Below, piece after piece: positions 31,223-39,428 of a stretch of DNA of 64,000 nt (positions are counted from its first letter, which is position 1; each line of letters starts with the position of its first letter). Position numbers and translations under genes: made by a program. This DNA is from a virus. The stretch is taken from the IMG/VR virus record IMGVR_UViG_3300046694_000299, positions 11,119 through 75,118 of that record. One strand, 5' to 3'. The notes under the pieces are model-generated. The model saw only the letters and a list, made by a program, of their open reading frames with translations. It was not told the DNA's origin and did not search any database.

Positions 31223-31330
31223 ATGACCGCTATCACCGCAGCGCTGTCCCTGCTGTTCGCCTTCGTCGTATTGGCGCAGCCGGTCGAGATGCACATCGAC
31301 TACACGCCCGCCGTCCGGAGTTCGCGATGA
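31223..31330 (+). CDS. micro-ORF, signal/TM peptide (35 aa)
   Basis: MTAITAALSLLFAFVVLAQPVEMHIDYTPAVRSSR. AGGAG SD and an ATGA overlap with the next gene. Confidence 0.45.
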   Translation: MTAITAALSLLFAFVVLAQPVEMHIDYTPAVRSSR

Positions 31331-31653
31331 CCGCCCCGTGCCCGCGCCCGGAGTGCGGCGGCGAAGTCCACACCGACGGCTGGGGCACGCCGATCCAGTG
31401 CCCGCACGAGGCGTCAGCGCTGACCATCTCCGATCCGGGGCAGACGTTCCAACTCGTCGAGCCGCCCCGGACCATCGCCATCCTCGGCGAGGATGGCCGG
31501 ACGCCGCTGGTCACGATCCATTCGTCCGGCGAGCTGGAGTACGGGCCCGGTTACACGCCCGACGAGGCCGCACGCCGCTTCTGGGACGCCATGCGCCGCA
31601 TCATGCCCGCGCGCTGCCCAGCCTGCGGCCACATCGGACTGGAGACGCCGTGA
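31327..31653 (+). CDS. hypothetical zinc-ribbon-like protein (108 aa)
   Basis: CPRPEC...CPH at the N-terminus and CPACGH at the C-terminus. Confidence 0.65.
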   Translation: MTAPCPRPECGGEVHTDGWGTPIQCPHEASALTISDPGQTFQLVEPPRTIAILGEDGRTPLVTIHSSGELEYGPGYTPDEAARRFWDAMRRIMPARCPACGHIGLETP

Positions 31654-32117
31654 TCTCCAACCTCGTTCTGTCCATCCTTTTCGTCCTGGTGACCATCGCG
31701 GGTATCGCGAACAGCATCGCCGCCAGCCGTTACGCCCGAGAGGCCAAGGCCGCCGCAGAAAGATCGGCCGCCGCCGCGCGCCGCGCCGAGGCTGCCCGCT
31801 CCCGGGGCGACGCTGCGCGCGAAGTTGCAGCGAAACTCGGCGAGGAACAGCAGCAGTCGGAGCCGGGGCATCTCACCTACGAGCAGCTCCTACCTCTCGC
31901 CGCTGCCATCCGGCGACGCGAGACCACCGGGCACGGCTTCCTCCTGCCGCCATGGCCATCCTGCCTCACCTGCGGGCAGACGCCGACCGACCTCCTCGTC
32001 CGCAACGATCACCCGGCGCACTTCCTCGAAGACCGCATCGCGTTCGGCTTCCGGCCCTGCGGCCACAACTTCACCGCCGACGCCCGCGACCTGTACCGCG
32101 CAACGGAGCAGCCGTGA
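31650..32117 (+). CDS. membrane-anchored hypothetical protein (155 aa)
   Basis: GTG 31650 has a GTGA overlap. N-terminal TM segment, then an Ala/Arg-rich helix. Confidence 0.65.
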   Translation: MISNLVLSILFVLVTIAGIANSIAASRYAREAKAAAERSAAAARRAEAARSRGDAAREVAAKLGEEQQQSEPGHLTYEQLLPLAAAIRRRETTGHGFLLPPWPSCLTCGQTPTDLLVRNDHPAHFLEDRIAFGFRPCGHNFTADARDLYRATEQP

Positions 32118-32398
32118 ACACTGCCATCGCCATCACCGCGATCATCGCCGCCGTCGTCCTCGCGAACTCCATCGTGATCGCCGTCCGCGACGTCGCGAAG
32201 GCCAAGCACCAGGCGGCGGACGGTCCAGCCGAGGTGGCCATCGCTCGCGTTCGCGCAGTATGCGACCAGTTGCACCGCGCGTCCGTCCTCGCTGACGGAC
32301 AGCCGCACACCGACCGCGAACGCGGCGTCATTCAGGCAGTCAGCCGCGTCGTCGCGGCCCTCGACGGCGACACCAACAGCAAGGAGAGCAACGGATGA
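32114..32398 (+). CDS. membrane-anchored hypothetical protein (94 aa)
   Basis: GTG 32114 has a GTGA overlap. TM segment 'AIAITAIIAAVVLANSIVIAV'. Confidence 0.6.
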   Translation: MNTAIAITAIIAAVVLANSIVIAVRDVAKAKHQAADGPAEVAIARVRAVCDQLHRASVLADGQPHTDRERGVIQAVSRVVAALDGDTNSKESNG

Positions 32399-33348
32399 GC
32401 GTCTACGGAGTCAGCGGAGGGCAGGGCTTCATCGGCTCCTACGTGCGCAGGGAGCTCCTCGCGCGCGGCCACGAGGTCGTCGTCTTCGACCGCCACCCCC
32501 ACACCGAGATGGCGTCCGGCGAGACCTTCTTCCTCGGCGACATCCGCGACGAGACGTCCGTGGTGGAACTCGCCGCGCACGTCGAGGGGATCATCCACCT
32601 TGCCGCCGTGCTGGGCACGCAGGAGACGATCGGAAACCCGAGGCCGTCCGCCGACACCAACATCCGGGGCAGCCTCAACGTGTTCGAGGCGGCCAACCAG
32701 TACGGGCTCCCCGCCGTCTACGCGGGCGTAGGGAACGCGTTTATGCGCGACCTCGGCACCGGCTCGTACACGATCAGCAAGACGTGCGCCGAGGACTACG
32801 CGCGGATGTTCAACGCCTACCGGGGCGGCAAGGTCACCATCGTCCGCCCCGTCAACGCCTACGGGCCTGGTCAGTCGATCGCAGCCCCCTACGGAACGAG
32901 CCGAGTGAGGAAGATCCTCCCGGCCCTGACCTGCCGTGCCCTCACCGGCGCCCCCATCGAGGTGTACGGGGACGGCACCCAGATCTCCGACTGCGTGTAC
33001 GTCGCCGACGTCGCCCGCGCGTTCGTCACCGCGCTCGAGCACACCGCCGTCAACGGGCCCACGGAGAAGCCGGTGGAGGTCGGGCCGCTGGAGTCCCTCA
33101 CCGTCAACGACATCGCGCGCCTCGTCGCCGAGGAAGCCACCCGGTACACGGGCCGCGAGCCTGTCGCGATCAAGCACCTGCCGATGCGGCCGGGCGAGGT
33201 GCCGAACGCGGTCGTGTCGTCCGACACCAGCACGCTCCAGCAGATCGGCATGACCGCCAAGGACTTCGTGCCCCTCGATGAGGGCATCCACCACACCGTC
33301 CGCTACTACGCCGAGCAGTGGCTGCCCGGATATCTGGCGGCGGCATGA
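32395..33348 (+). CDS. NAD-dependent sugar epimerase/dehydratase (extended SDR)
   Basis: 'GGQGFIGS' Rossmann motif and 'YTISK' YxxxK. Confidence 0.9.
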   Translation: MSVYGVSGGQGFIGSYVRRELLARGHEVVVFDRHPHTEMASGETFFLGDIRDETSVVELAAHVEGIIHLAAVLGTQETIGNPRPSADTNIRGSLNVFEAANQYGLPAVYAGVGNAFMRDLGTGSYTISKTCAEDYARMFNAYRGGKVTIVRPVNAYGPGQSIAAPYGTSRVRKILPALTCRALTGAPIEVYGDGTQISDCVYVADVARAFVTALEHTAVNGPTEKPVEVGPLESLTVNDIARLVAEEATRYTGREPVAIKHLPMRPGEVPNAVVSSDTSTLQQIGMTAKDFVPLDEGIHHTVRYYAEQWLPGYLAAA

Positions 33349-33845
33349 GGCGACTCGACGTCGACGGGCACACGATCCTCATCGACAGCGAAGATGTACC
33401 GCTCATCAGCGGCTTTCATTGGCGAGTCGTCGCGACCAATCCAACTTGCCCCGACAACCTGTACGCCGTGACTTGCCGAAGGCGGCTGTACGTCTACATG
33501 CATCGCCTCATAGCTGGGGCGGGCCCCAGCGAAGAAGTTGACCACGCCAACGGCAACGGCCTCGACAACCGCAAGAACAACCTTCGCATCGCTACGGATT
33601 CTCAGAACCAAGCGAACAAGGGAAAGATCAGAGTCAAAGGAAAGCGAGGCACCTCCCAGTACAAGGGCGTGTTCTGGGATAAAGCAAGGAGCGCTTGGGC
33701 GACGTCGATCACCGTCAACAAGCGCACGCGCCACCTCGGCCGATTCAGCACGGAAGAGGAGGCCGCTCGCGCCTATGATCGCGCCGCTATCGCAGCCTGG
33801 GGCGAGTTCGCGCGGCTGAACTTCGAAGAAGGAGTCGCCGCGTGA
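33345..33845 (+). CDS. HNH endonuclease with AP2 DNA-binding domain (homing-endonuclease-like)
   Basis: 'VDHANGNGLDNRKNNLR' fits HNH_3. 'YKGVFWDKARSAWATSITVNKRTRHLGRFSTEEEAARAYDRAA' fits AP2. ATGA/GTGA overlaps at both ends. 52% GC over 33601-33660 (hand count). Confidence 0.85.
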   Translation: MRRLDVDGHTILIDSEDVPLISGFHWRVVATNPTCPDNLYAVTCRRRLYVYMHRLIAGAGPSEEVDHANGNGLDNRKNNLRIATDSQNQANKGKIRVKGKRGTSQYKGVFWDKARSAWATSITVNKRTRHLGRFSTEEEAARAYDRAAIAAWGEFARLNFEEGVAA

Positions 33846-34852
33846 GGGTGCACTTCTGGTCGGCTGACGAGGCGGGGTCATCACTTTATAGAGCGATCCT
33901 GCCCGGTATGAGCCTGCAATGGCTTGGGCACGCCGTGTCCGCCGGGATGCGGCTCCCGAAGGACTGGCCCGCCCTGGATGTGGTCGTCGGCTGCCGGGTT
34001 GCCAAGCCTGAGCCGACCATGATGTGGCAGCGATTGAAGGACGAGGGGAAACGCCTCGTCCTCGACCTCGACGACGACTACTTCCACCTCGACCCCGTCA
34101 ACCTGGCCGCCGTCCGCACCTGGGACAAGGCGATGCTGCAACGCCTCGCCGACAACATGGCGCTCGCCGACCTCGTCACCTGCTGCTCCGAGCCCCTCGC
34201 CGCCGTGCTGCGGGACTACGCGGCCGACGTCCGGGTCGTCCCCAACGGCCTGCCGGCGCAGTACCTGGGCACGCCCCGCGACTACGAGGCGAAGGACCGT
34301 CCACTGTCCGTCGGCTGGGCCGGCACGTCGTCCACGGTCGCCGAGCTGCCCGAGGCCGTCCGTGCCCTGAACCGGATCTCGCAGTACCCGCGATCCGGCG
34401 GCGTCCAGGTCCGGATCGTCGGCATCGCTCCCGAGCACGCCATGGCGCTCGGTCTCCGCGGCCGGCAGATCGGGGCTTTGGGTTGGGTGGAGCGGCACGA
34501 GCACTACATGCAGGCGGTCGGCGAGTGGGACGTGTGGGTGGCGCCGTACCGGGACATCCCGTTCAACCGGGCGAAGTATCCGACGAAGTGGCTGGAGTCA
34601 TCGATGCTCGGCATCCCGCTGATCGCATCGGACATCGAGCCGTACCGCCGGGTGATCCGGCATGGGGAGAACGGGTTCCTCGTCAAGCACGAGCACCAGT
34701 GGGGGAAGTACCTCAAGCTCCTCGTCGATAATCCCGGGCTGCGGCAGCAGATCGGGATGACGGCCCGAGGCGAGGCGTCTGGGTCGATCCTCCAGGCCAT
34801 CAACGTTCAGTGGCAGGACGCGCTTACGGCCCCGGCGGGGGTGGCGGCATGA
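33842..34852 (+). CDS. GT-B fold glycosyltransferase (GT1/GT4-like)
   Basis: C-terminal 'KWLESSMLGIPLIASDIEPYRRVIRHGENGFLV' pattern. Confidence 0.85.
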   Translation: MRVHFWSADEAGSSLYRAILPGMSLQWLGHAVSAGMRLPKDWPALDVVVGCRVAKPEPTMMWQRLKDEGKRLVLDLDDDYFHLDPVNLAAVRTWDKAMLQRLADNMALADLVTCCSEPLAAVLRDYAADVRVVPNGLPAQYLGTPRDYEAKDRPLSVGWAGTSSTVAELPEAVRALNRISQYPRSGGVQVRIVGIAPEHAMALGLRGRQIGALGWVERHEHYMQAVGEWDVWVAPYRDIPFNRAKYPTKWLESSMLGIPLIASDIEPYRRVIRHGENGFLVKHEHQWGKYLKLLVDNPGLRQQIGMTARGEASGSILQAINVQWQDALTAPAGVAA

Positions 34853-35712
34853 GGGTCCTTGTCACCGGCTCGGAAGGCTTCATCGGACGCCATGCCGCCC
34901 GCCGTCTGCATGAACGCGGTCACCACGTCACCGCCGTGGACAAGCGCAACCAGCTGTCCACCGCCGATCTGCCCACCTTGCAACGGATCGTCGATGCCAC
35001 GGAACCCGAGGTCATCGTTCACCTCGGCGCATCCTGCTCCACGAGCGTCAGCCTCCGCGACCCCGCCTCCGACTTCACCGACAACGCGGTCGGTACCTTC
35101 AATGTCGCGGAGGCCGCGCGCCGAGCTGGCGGTATCCCGGTGCTGTTCACGTCCAGCGTGAAGGTGCACCCCGGCGCCGACGGGCTCATCGCCCCGCTCG
35201 GGCAGTCCAAGCTGGTCGGCGAGCAGTACCTGCGCCTGTACGGCGACCTGTACGGGCTGCCGCACGTCATCCTCCGCCCGTCCACCGTGTACGGCCCAGG
35301 CCAGGATGGGACGGCCGAAGCGGGCTGGGTGACGTGGTTCCTGCGCGCCTTCTGGGGGCGAAAGCAGATCACCGTCCACGGCGACGGCACCCAGAGCAGG
35401 GACGTCCTCTATATCGAGGACTTCGCGCGCCTCCTCGTCGACATCGTGGAGAATTTCGACGCCTACCAAGGTCGCACCTACGACGTCGGAGGCGGCTCCG
35501 ACAACGAACTCAGCCTCCTCGATCTCCTCCGCGCCTGGGAGACAAACGCCGGCGTCCGTCCCGACGTCGTCCGTGACGAGCGCCTCCCCGGCGACTTGCA
35601 GCGCGTCGTCACCGACAACGAGGCCATCAGCGGCGTGCGCGGCTGGAAGCCCACCACGTCCTGGATCGACGGCGTCCGGTCCACCCTCGATTGGATCGGA
35701 GAGCAGTGGTGA
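34849..35712 (+). CDS. SDR epimerase/dehydratase paralogue
   Basis: 'VLVTGSEGFIGRH'. The expected YxxxK position reads 'PLGQSK', so there is no Tyr by my alignment. Confidence 0.85.
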   Translation: MRVLVTGSEGFIGRHAARRLHERGHHVTAVDKRNQLSTADLPTLQRIVDATEPEVIVHLGASCSTSVSLRDPASDFTDNAVGTFNVAEAARRAGGIPVLFTSSVKVHPGADGLIAPLGQSKLVGEQYLRLYGDLYGLPHVILRPSTVYGPGQDGTAEAGWVTWFLRAFWGRKQITVHGDGTQSRDVLYIEDFARLLVDIVENFDAYQGRTYDVGGGSDNELSLLDLLRAWETNAGVRPDVVRDERLPGDLQRVVTDNEAISGVRGWKPTTSWIDGVRSTLDWIGEQW

Positions 35713-36464
35713 AGGTCGGCGTCATCATCCCCGTGCGGAATGCGCGGCCGTGGATTGAGGAGATGCTCGCCTCGGTTCAGGCTCAGACGCACCCGGCGCA
35801 CGCCTATCTGGCCGAGGACTGGTCGGACGACGGTACCCACGAGTTTCTCCTCGACCGGCCCGAGCTGTGGCGCGGTCTCGAGCGCAACCCGGTGCGGTCG
35901 GGGTGGGCTGGCGGCCTCAACGCCGCGGCAAGTCTGGCGTTTGCCGACGGCTGCGACGCCGTGTTCACGGCCTCCGCGGACGACCGTATGCATCCCGACT
36001 GCATTGCCCGCTGCGTCGCAGTCTTGGAGGCGGGCGGTCTGGACTTCGTCGTCCCCTATGCGCAGCAGTTCGGCGGGGCGGCCGCGGTGCAGGCGTCGTT
36101 GCCGGATGCGACGCTCGAGGACTTTGCGGTGTGGCCGCCGCTGATCGACAAGGGTCTGTTCCCGCGGAAGACGTGGGAGACGGTGGGCGGGTACTCCCTT
36201 GAGGCTTCCCTGCCCAGGAGCTACGGCTGTGCGGAGGACTGGGAGTTCTGGATCCGCGTCTGGAAGGTCGGACTCGGCCGGTACGCGGTGCTCGAGCAAC
36301 CCCTGTATTTCGTGCGCGTCCACCCCGGCCAGCTGTCCAACACGCGCGGCGACGCCCATGCGGCCACGGTCGCCCTGTTCCGCCGGCTGCACCCCGACCT
36401 GCCATGGACCGCCGAGTCCGGCGTCTGGCCGCCACGACACCGCACGACGAGGAGAACCGCATGA
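35709..36464 (+). CDS. family-2 (GT-A) glycosyltransferase
   Basis: 'VGVIIPVRNARPWIEEMLASVQAQT', 'EDWSDDGT', 'SADDRMHPD' and 'EDWEFW'. Confidence 0.85.
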   Translation: MKVGVIIPVRNARPWIEEMLASVQAQTHPAHAYLAEDWSDDGTHEFLLDRPELWRGLERNPVRSGWAGGLNAAASLAFADGCDAVFTASADDRMHPDCIARCVAVLEAGGLDFVVPYAQQFGGAAAVQASLPDATLEDFAVWPPLIDKGLFPRKTWETVGGYSLEASLPRSYGCAEDWEFWIRVWKVGLGRYAVLEQPLYFVRVHPGQLSNTRGDAHAATVALFRRLHPDLPWTAESGVWPPRHRTTRRTA

Positions 36465-37324
36465 TCGACGGCAAGCGCGTCATTGCCTGGTCGCCCTACG
36501 GTCGGCGCCGCACCTACAGCATCCTGATCAAGTACCTGCAGCGGGACGTCGCCCGGGGCCTGGTCGATGAGGTGTGGGCGTTCATGAACACCGACCCGAC
36601 CGGCCAGGAAGACGACATCGCCTACGCCCACGAACTCGCCGAGGCGTTCCCCTGGTTCAAGCTCAAGCACCGACCCGAGGGCGTCGACCTGGGCCCGCTG
36701 CCAAAACAGAGGTATACGGGCTTGGCCTATCGGGAGATGACGGACCCCGACACCATCTACCTGCGGCTCGATGATGACGTGGTCTACATCCACGAGGATG
36801 CGATTGAGAACCTTGTGCGCGCCCGCATAGATATGCCTGCGCCGACCGCCGTGTTCCCGATCATCATCAACAACGCGATCTGCTCCCACTTCCTGCAGCT
36901 GTGCGGGAAGGTCCCGATGGAGTGGGGAGCCGTCAACGCGTACTGCATGGACCCGGTCGGCTGGGCCAACGGGCCGTTCGCCGTCAAGCTCCACGAGATG
37001 CTGCTCGAGAAGATCGAGCAGGGCGACGTCGAGTCGCTCTACCTCTACCAGGACTTCCCGCTCCAGCCCGGCACCCAGTTCTCGGTGTCCTGCTTCGCCT
37101 CCCGCGGCGAGGACTATGCCGCGCTCCCCCAGCCCGGCGTCCTCGTCCCCGATGAGGAGGAGAGCTGGCACACGATCCACCAGCCGGTAGCCAAGGGCGT
37201 TCCCAACATCCTCCGCGGCAACGCCCTGGTCAGCCACTGGTCGTTCTTCCCTCAGCATCCGTTCCTCAACGCGACCGATCTCCTCGACCGGTACCGCGAA
37301 CTCGCAGACAAGGTGGTGGCCTGA
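36461..37324 (+). CDS. putative nucleotide-sugar transferase-like protein (DxD)
   Basis: ATG 36461 lies behind GAGGAG. 'IYLRLDDDVVYI' is DxD-like. Function is tentative. Confidence 0.7.
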   Translation: MIDGKRVIAWSPYGRRRTYSILIKYLQRDVARGLVDEVWAFMNTDPTGQEDDIAYAHELAEAFPWFKLKHRPEGVDLGPLPKQRYTGLAYREMTDPDTIYLRLDDDVVYIHEDAIENLVRARIDMPAPTAVFPIIINNAICSHFLQLCGKVPMEWGAVNAYCMDPVGWANGPFAVKLHEMLLEKIEQGDVESLYLYQDFPLQPGTQFSVSCFASRGEDYAALPQPGVLVPDEEESWHTIHQPVAKGVPNILRGNALVSHWSFFPQHPFLNATDLLDRYRELADKVVA

Positions 37325-37554
37325 TGGGCACGCAGATCAGCGTCGAGGACGCCTTCCCCGTCTACCAGAAGCGGTGTGGTGAACTCTTCGACGAGAATCT
37401 CCTCCTGCGTGCGCAGGTCGGGGCGCTGGAGCGGCAGCTCACGGCCGCGCGGGAGGAGGCCGAGCGCCTCCAGCAGGAGGCCTGCGAGCCTGCGCCCGTG
37501 GCCGGCGGCCCGGATCTGGCCGCGCAGCCGCCGTACCCGGAGGATGAGCGCTAG
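37324..37554 (+). CDS. small coiled-coil protein
   Basis: 76-aa track ORF. Last gene of the plus-strand island. Confidence 0.6.
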   Translation: MGTQISVEDAFPVYQKRCGELFDENLLLRAQVGALERQLTAAREEAERLQQEACEPAPVAGGPDLAAQPPYPEDER

Positions 37555-37631
37555 GGTCGCCGCCAGCCGAGGAGCGCCCCGATGGCGATGATGCCGACCT
37601 CGATGAGCAGGATGACCTCGAACGTTGTCAT
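37551..37631 (-). CDS. micro-ORF, TM peptide (26 aa)
   Basis: MTTFEVILLIEVGIIAIGALLGWRRP. GAGAGGAAG SD. Its stop overlaps the stop of the convergent plus-strand gene. Confidence 0.4.
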   Translation of the reverse strand: MTTFEVILLIEVGIIAIGALLGWRRP

Positions 37632-37657
37632 GTGACTTCCTCTCTAGATGCCGCTGT

Positions 37658-37888
37658 TCACTGCTGGACGAGTTCGGTCTCGGCTTCGGTGTACCGGTGT
37701 ACGTTCACCGAGTCCACGCCGTTGCGGGCTCGGAAGAAAGCGGCGAGGTCGTCGACCAGGCCGTAGGTTTCCATGACGTCCTGCGCCGAGCCGCCTTCGA
37801 GGTCGGAAGCGTCGCCACTGGGGGTGACGTCCAGCGAGTATCCGTATGAGCCCTTGACGATGTTGAACAGGTAGCGGGGGTAGGCCAT
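37658..37888 (-). CDS. hypothetical protein
   Basis: 76-aa track ORF downstream of the fibre gene. Confidence 0.65.
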   Translation of the reverse strand: MAYPRYLFNIVKGSYGYSLDVTPSGDASDLEGGSAQDVMETYGLVDDLAAFFRARNGVDSVNVHRYTEAETELVQQ

Positions 37889-37909
37889 GAGTGCTGTGCC
37901 CTTTCGGGA

Positions 37910-38848
37910 TTAGGCGACGCGTTCGGCGGTGAAGCCCCGGCACGTCAGAGTGTTGGATGCCGATGCGGTGCCCCATGTGGCGGTGATGACGAAGTCCTGC
38001 GCGACGGTGGTGTCGACCGTCACCGCGGAGGTGCCGTCCAGGATCATGCCGGGCGCCACGAATGGGGGTCCGGCGGCGAGGGTTATCGATTCGATGGTGA
38101 CCTGGCTGGCGAACCACGTTCCGGCCGCGCCGGTGGTCAGGCATGTCAGGTCGGCGGTGACCTGCCAGGCGCGGTTGGTAACGCCGGATGAGGCGGTTCG
38201 GCCGGTGCTGGATCCCAGGGCGGTTCCGGCTACCCCGCCGAGGCGGGACCTCAGTGTCAGCGTGGGGGTGCCGGTCACGGAGGCGATTCCCCACGCTTTG
38301 ATGCGGTAGACCGCTCCGACGACTGCGTCCGCGGCTGGGATCGTCATCGTTGCGATCGTTGTCTCGGTCAGGGTGTTTGCGACGGTCGTGGATGCGGCGA
38401 GTCGGTTGCGGTAGGTGGTGGTGCCGTTGACAAGCTTCAGGTCGCCGCCGACTGTGACGTTGCCGACTGTGACGAAGGCGTCGTCGGTCTTTAGGACGTT
38501 GGCGGCGGACCGGTAGAGGTTGGTGTCGGCGCCGATGAGGAGCTGAGAACCGCTGGCGAGTTTCAGGTTGGAGCCGAACGTGCTGCTGGAGTTGGGGATC
38601 TCGACCCAGGATGCGGACGCGGGCGCGGTGCCGTTGGAGAAGTAGGTCGAGTACGCCGTGTCGGACTGCGTGATGGGCTTGCCGGGGTAGGGCGTCGCCG
38701 GGCGGGTGCTCGACGTGACGACCTGGTAGCCGACGGCCGTGTCGACCTTGTCCCAGTTCTGGCCGAGGTCTTGCGTGTAGTTGACCAGCTCGGACCCGTC
38801 CGACTTGGACTTGTACAGGGCCAGCCTGGTGGTGGACGGATCAGGCAC
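37910..38848 (-). CDS. tail fibre / minor tail protein (312 aa)
   Basis: Trimmed to GTG 38848. 'TTRLALYKSKSDGSELVNYTQDLGQNWDKVD' is fibre-type. The rest is Ser/Thr/Gly-rich and beta-looking. Confidence 0.75.
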   Translation of the reverse strand: MPDPSTTRLALYKSKSDGSELVNYTQDLGQNWDKVDTAVGYQVVTSSTRPATPYPGKPITQSDTAYSTYFSNGTAPASASWVEIPNSSSTFGSNLKLASGSQLLIGADTNLYRSAANVLKTDDAFVTVGNVTVGGDLKLVNGTTTYRNRLAASTTVANTLTETTIATMTIPAADAVVGAVYRIKAWGIASVTGTPTLTLRSRLGGVAGTALGSSTGRTASSGVTNRAWQVTADLTCLTTGAAGTWFASQVTIESITLAAGPPFVAPGMILDGTSAVTVDTTVAQDFVITATWGTASASNTLTCRGFTAERVA

Positions 38849-39419
38849 GGGGGGCGCTCCCTTCGGCGCGGGACAGTTCACGGGCTTCGGCGTCGGTGAG
38901 TTTGCCGCGTAGTGCCCGCCGATGCAGGTCGACCTCGCGCGCTCTGGAGGCGAGCCCGGCCTTGGTGATGGCGTGTTCGGCGCGGATCTGGTCGAGGGGG
39001 TCGGGCCCCTTCGCCGGTGGCCTGACGCGCCCCTTGGTTTTCTTGGCGTGCTCGACCCGCGCGAGGTGCGCGTCCCGCGCGTGCTTGATCGTCGGCGCGT
39101 TGAACAGGTCGGTGGGCACCATCTGCCCTTTTCGGGCCATCCCATTGGAGACGAGCGCGGGCGAGAGCATGCCCTGCGCGGCTGCCGGGTCTTCGATCTC
39201 CCCGCCTGGCGAGTGGACGAACTGCTCGTGCAGCACGATGTCGAGCAGCGTCTCTACGTCGGCGGGGTCGAAGCCGTACTCTGCGGCCCGCTGCTCCAGC
39301 GTGAACTTAGGGAACACGTAGGCGTGTTTCGAGCCGTCGGGGCGGGTCATGACGACGGCCCAGCACTCGATGTGGGGGTTGGGGAAGTAGGTGTCCACTG
39401 ATTCGACGATGAAGTCCAC
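38841..39419 (-). CDS. hypothetical protein in the tail module
   Basis: 192-aa track ORF. Confidence 0.7.
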   Translation of the reverse strand: MDFIVESVDTYFPNPHIECWAVVMTRPDGSKHAYVFPKFTLEQRAAEYGFDPADVETLLDIVLHEQFVHSPGGEIEDPAAAQGMLSPALVSNGMARKGQMVPTDLFNAPTIKHARDAHLARVEHAKKTKGRVRPPAKGPDPLDQIRAEHAITKAGLASRAREVDLHRRALRGKLTDAEARELSRAEGSAPRA

Positions 39420-39428
39420 AGCTGCCTT

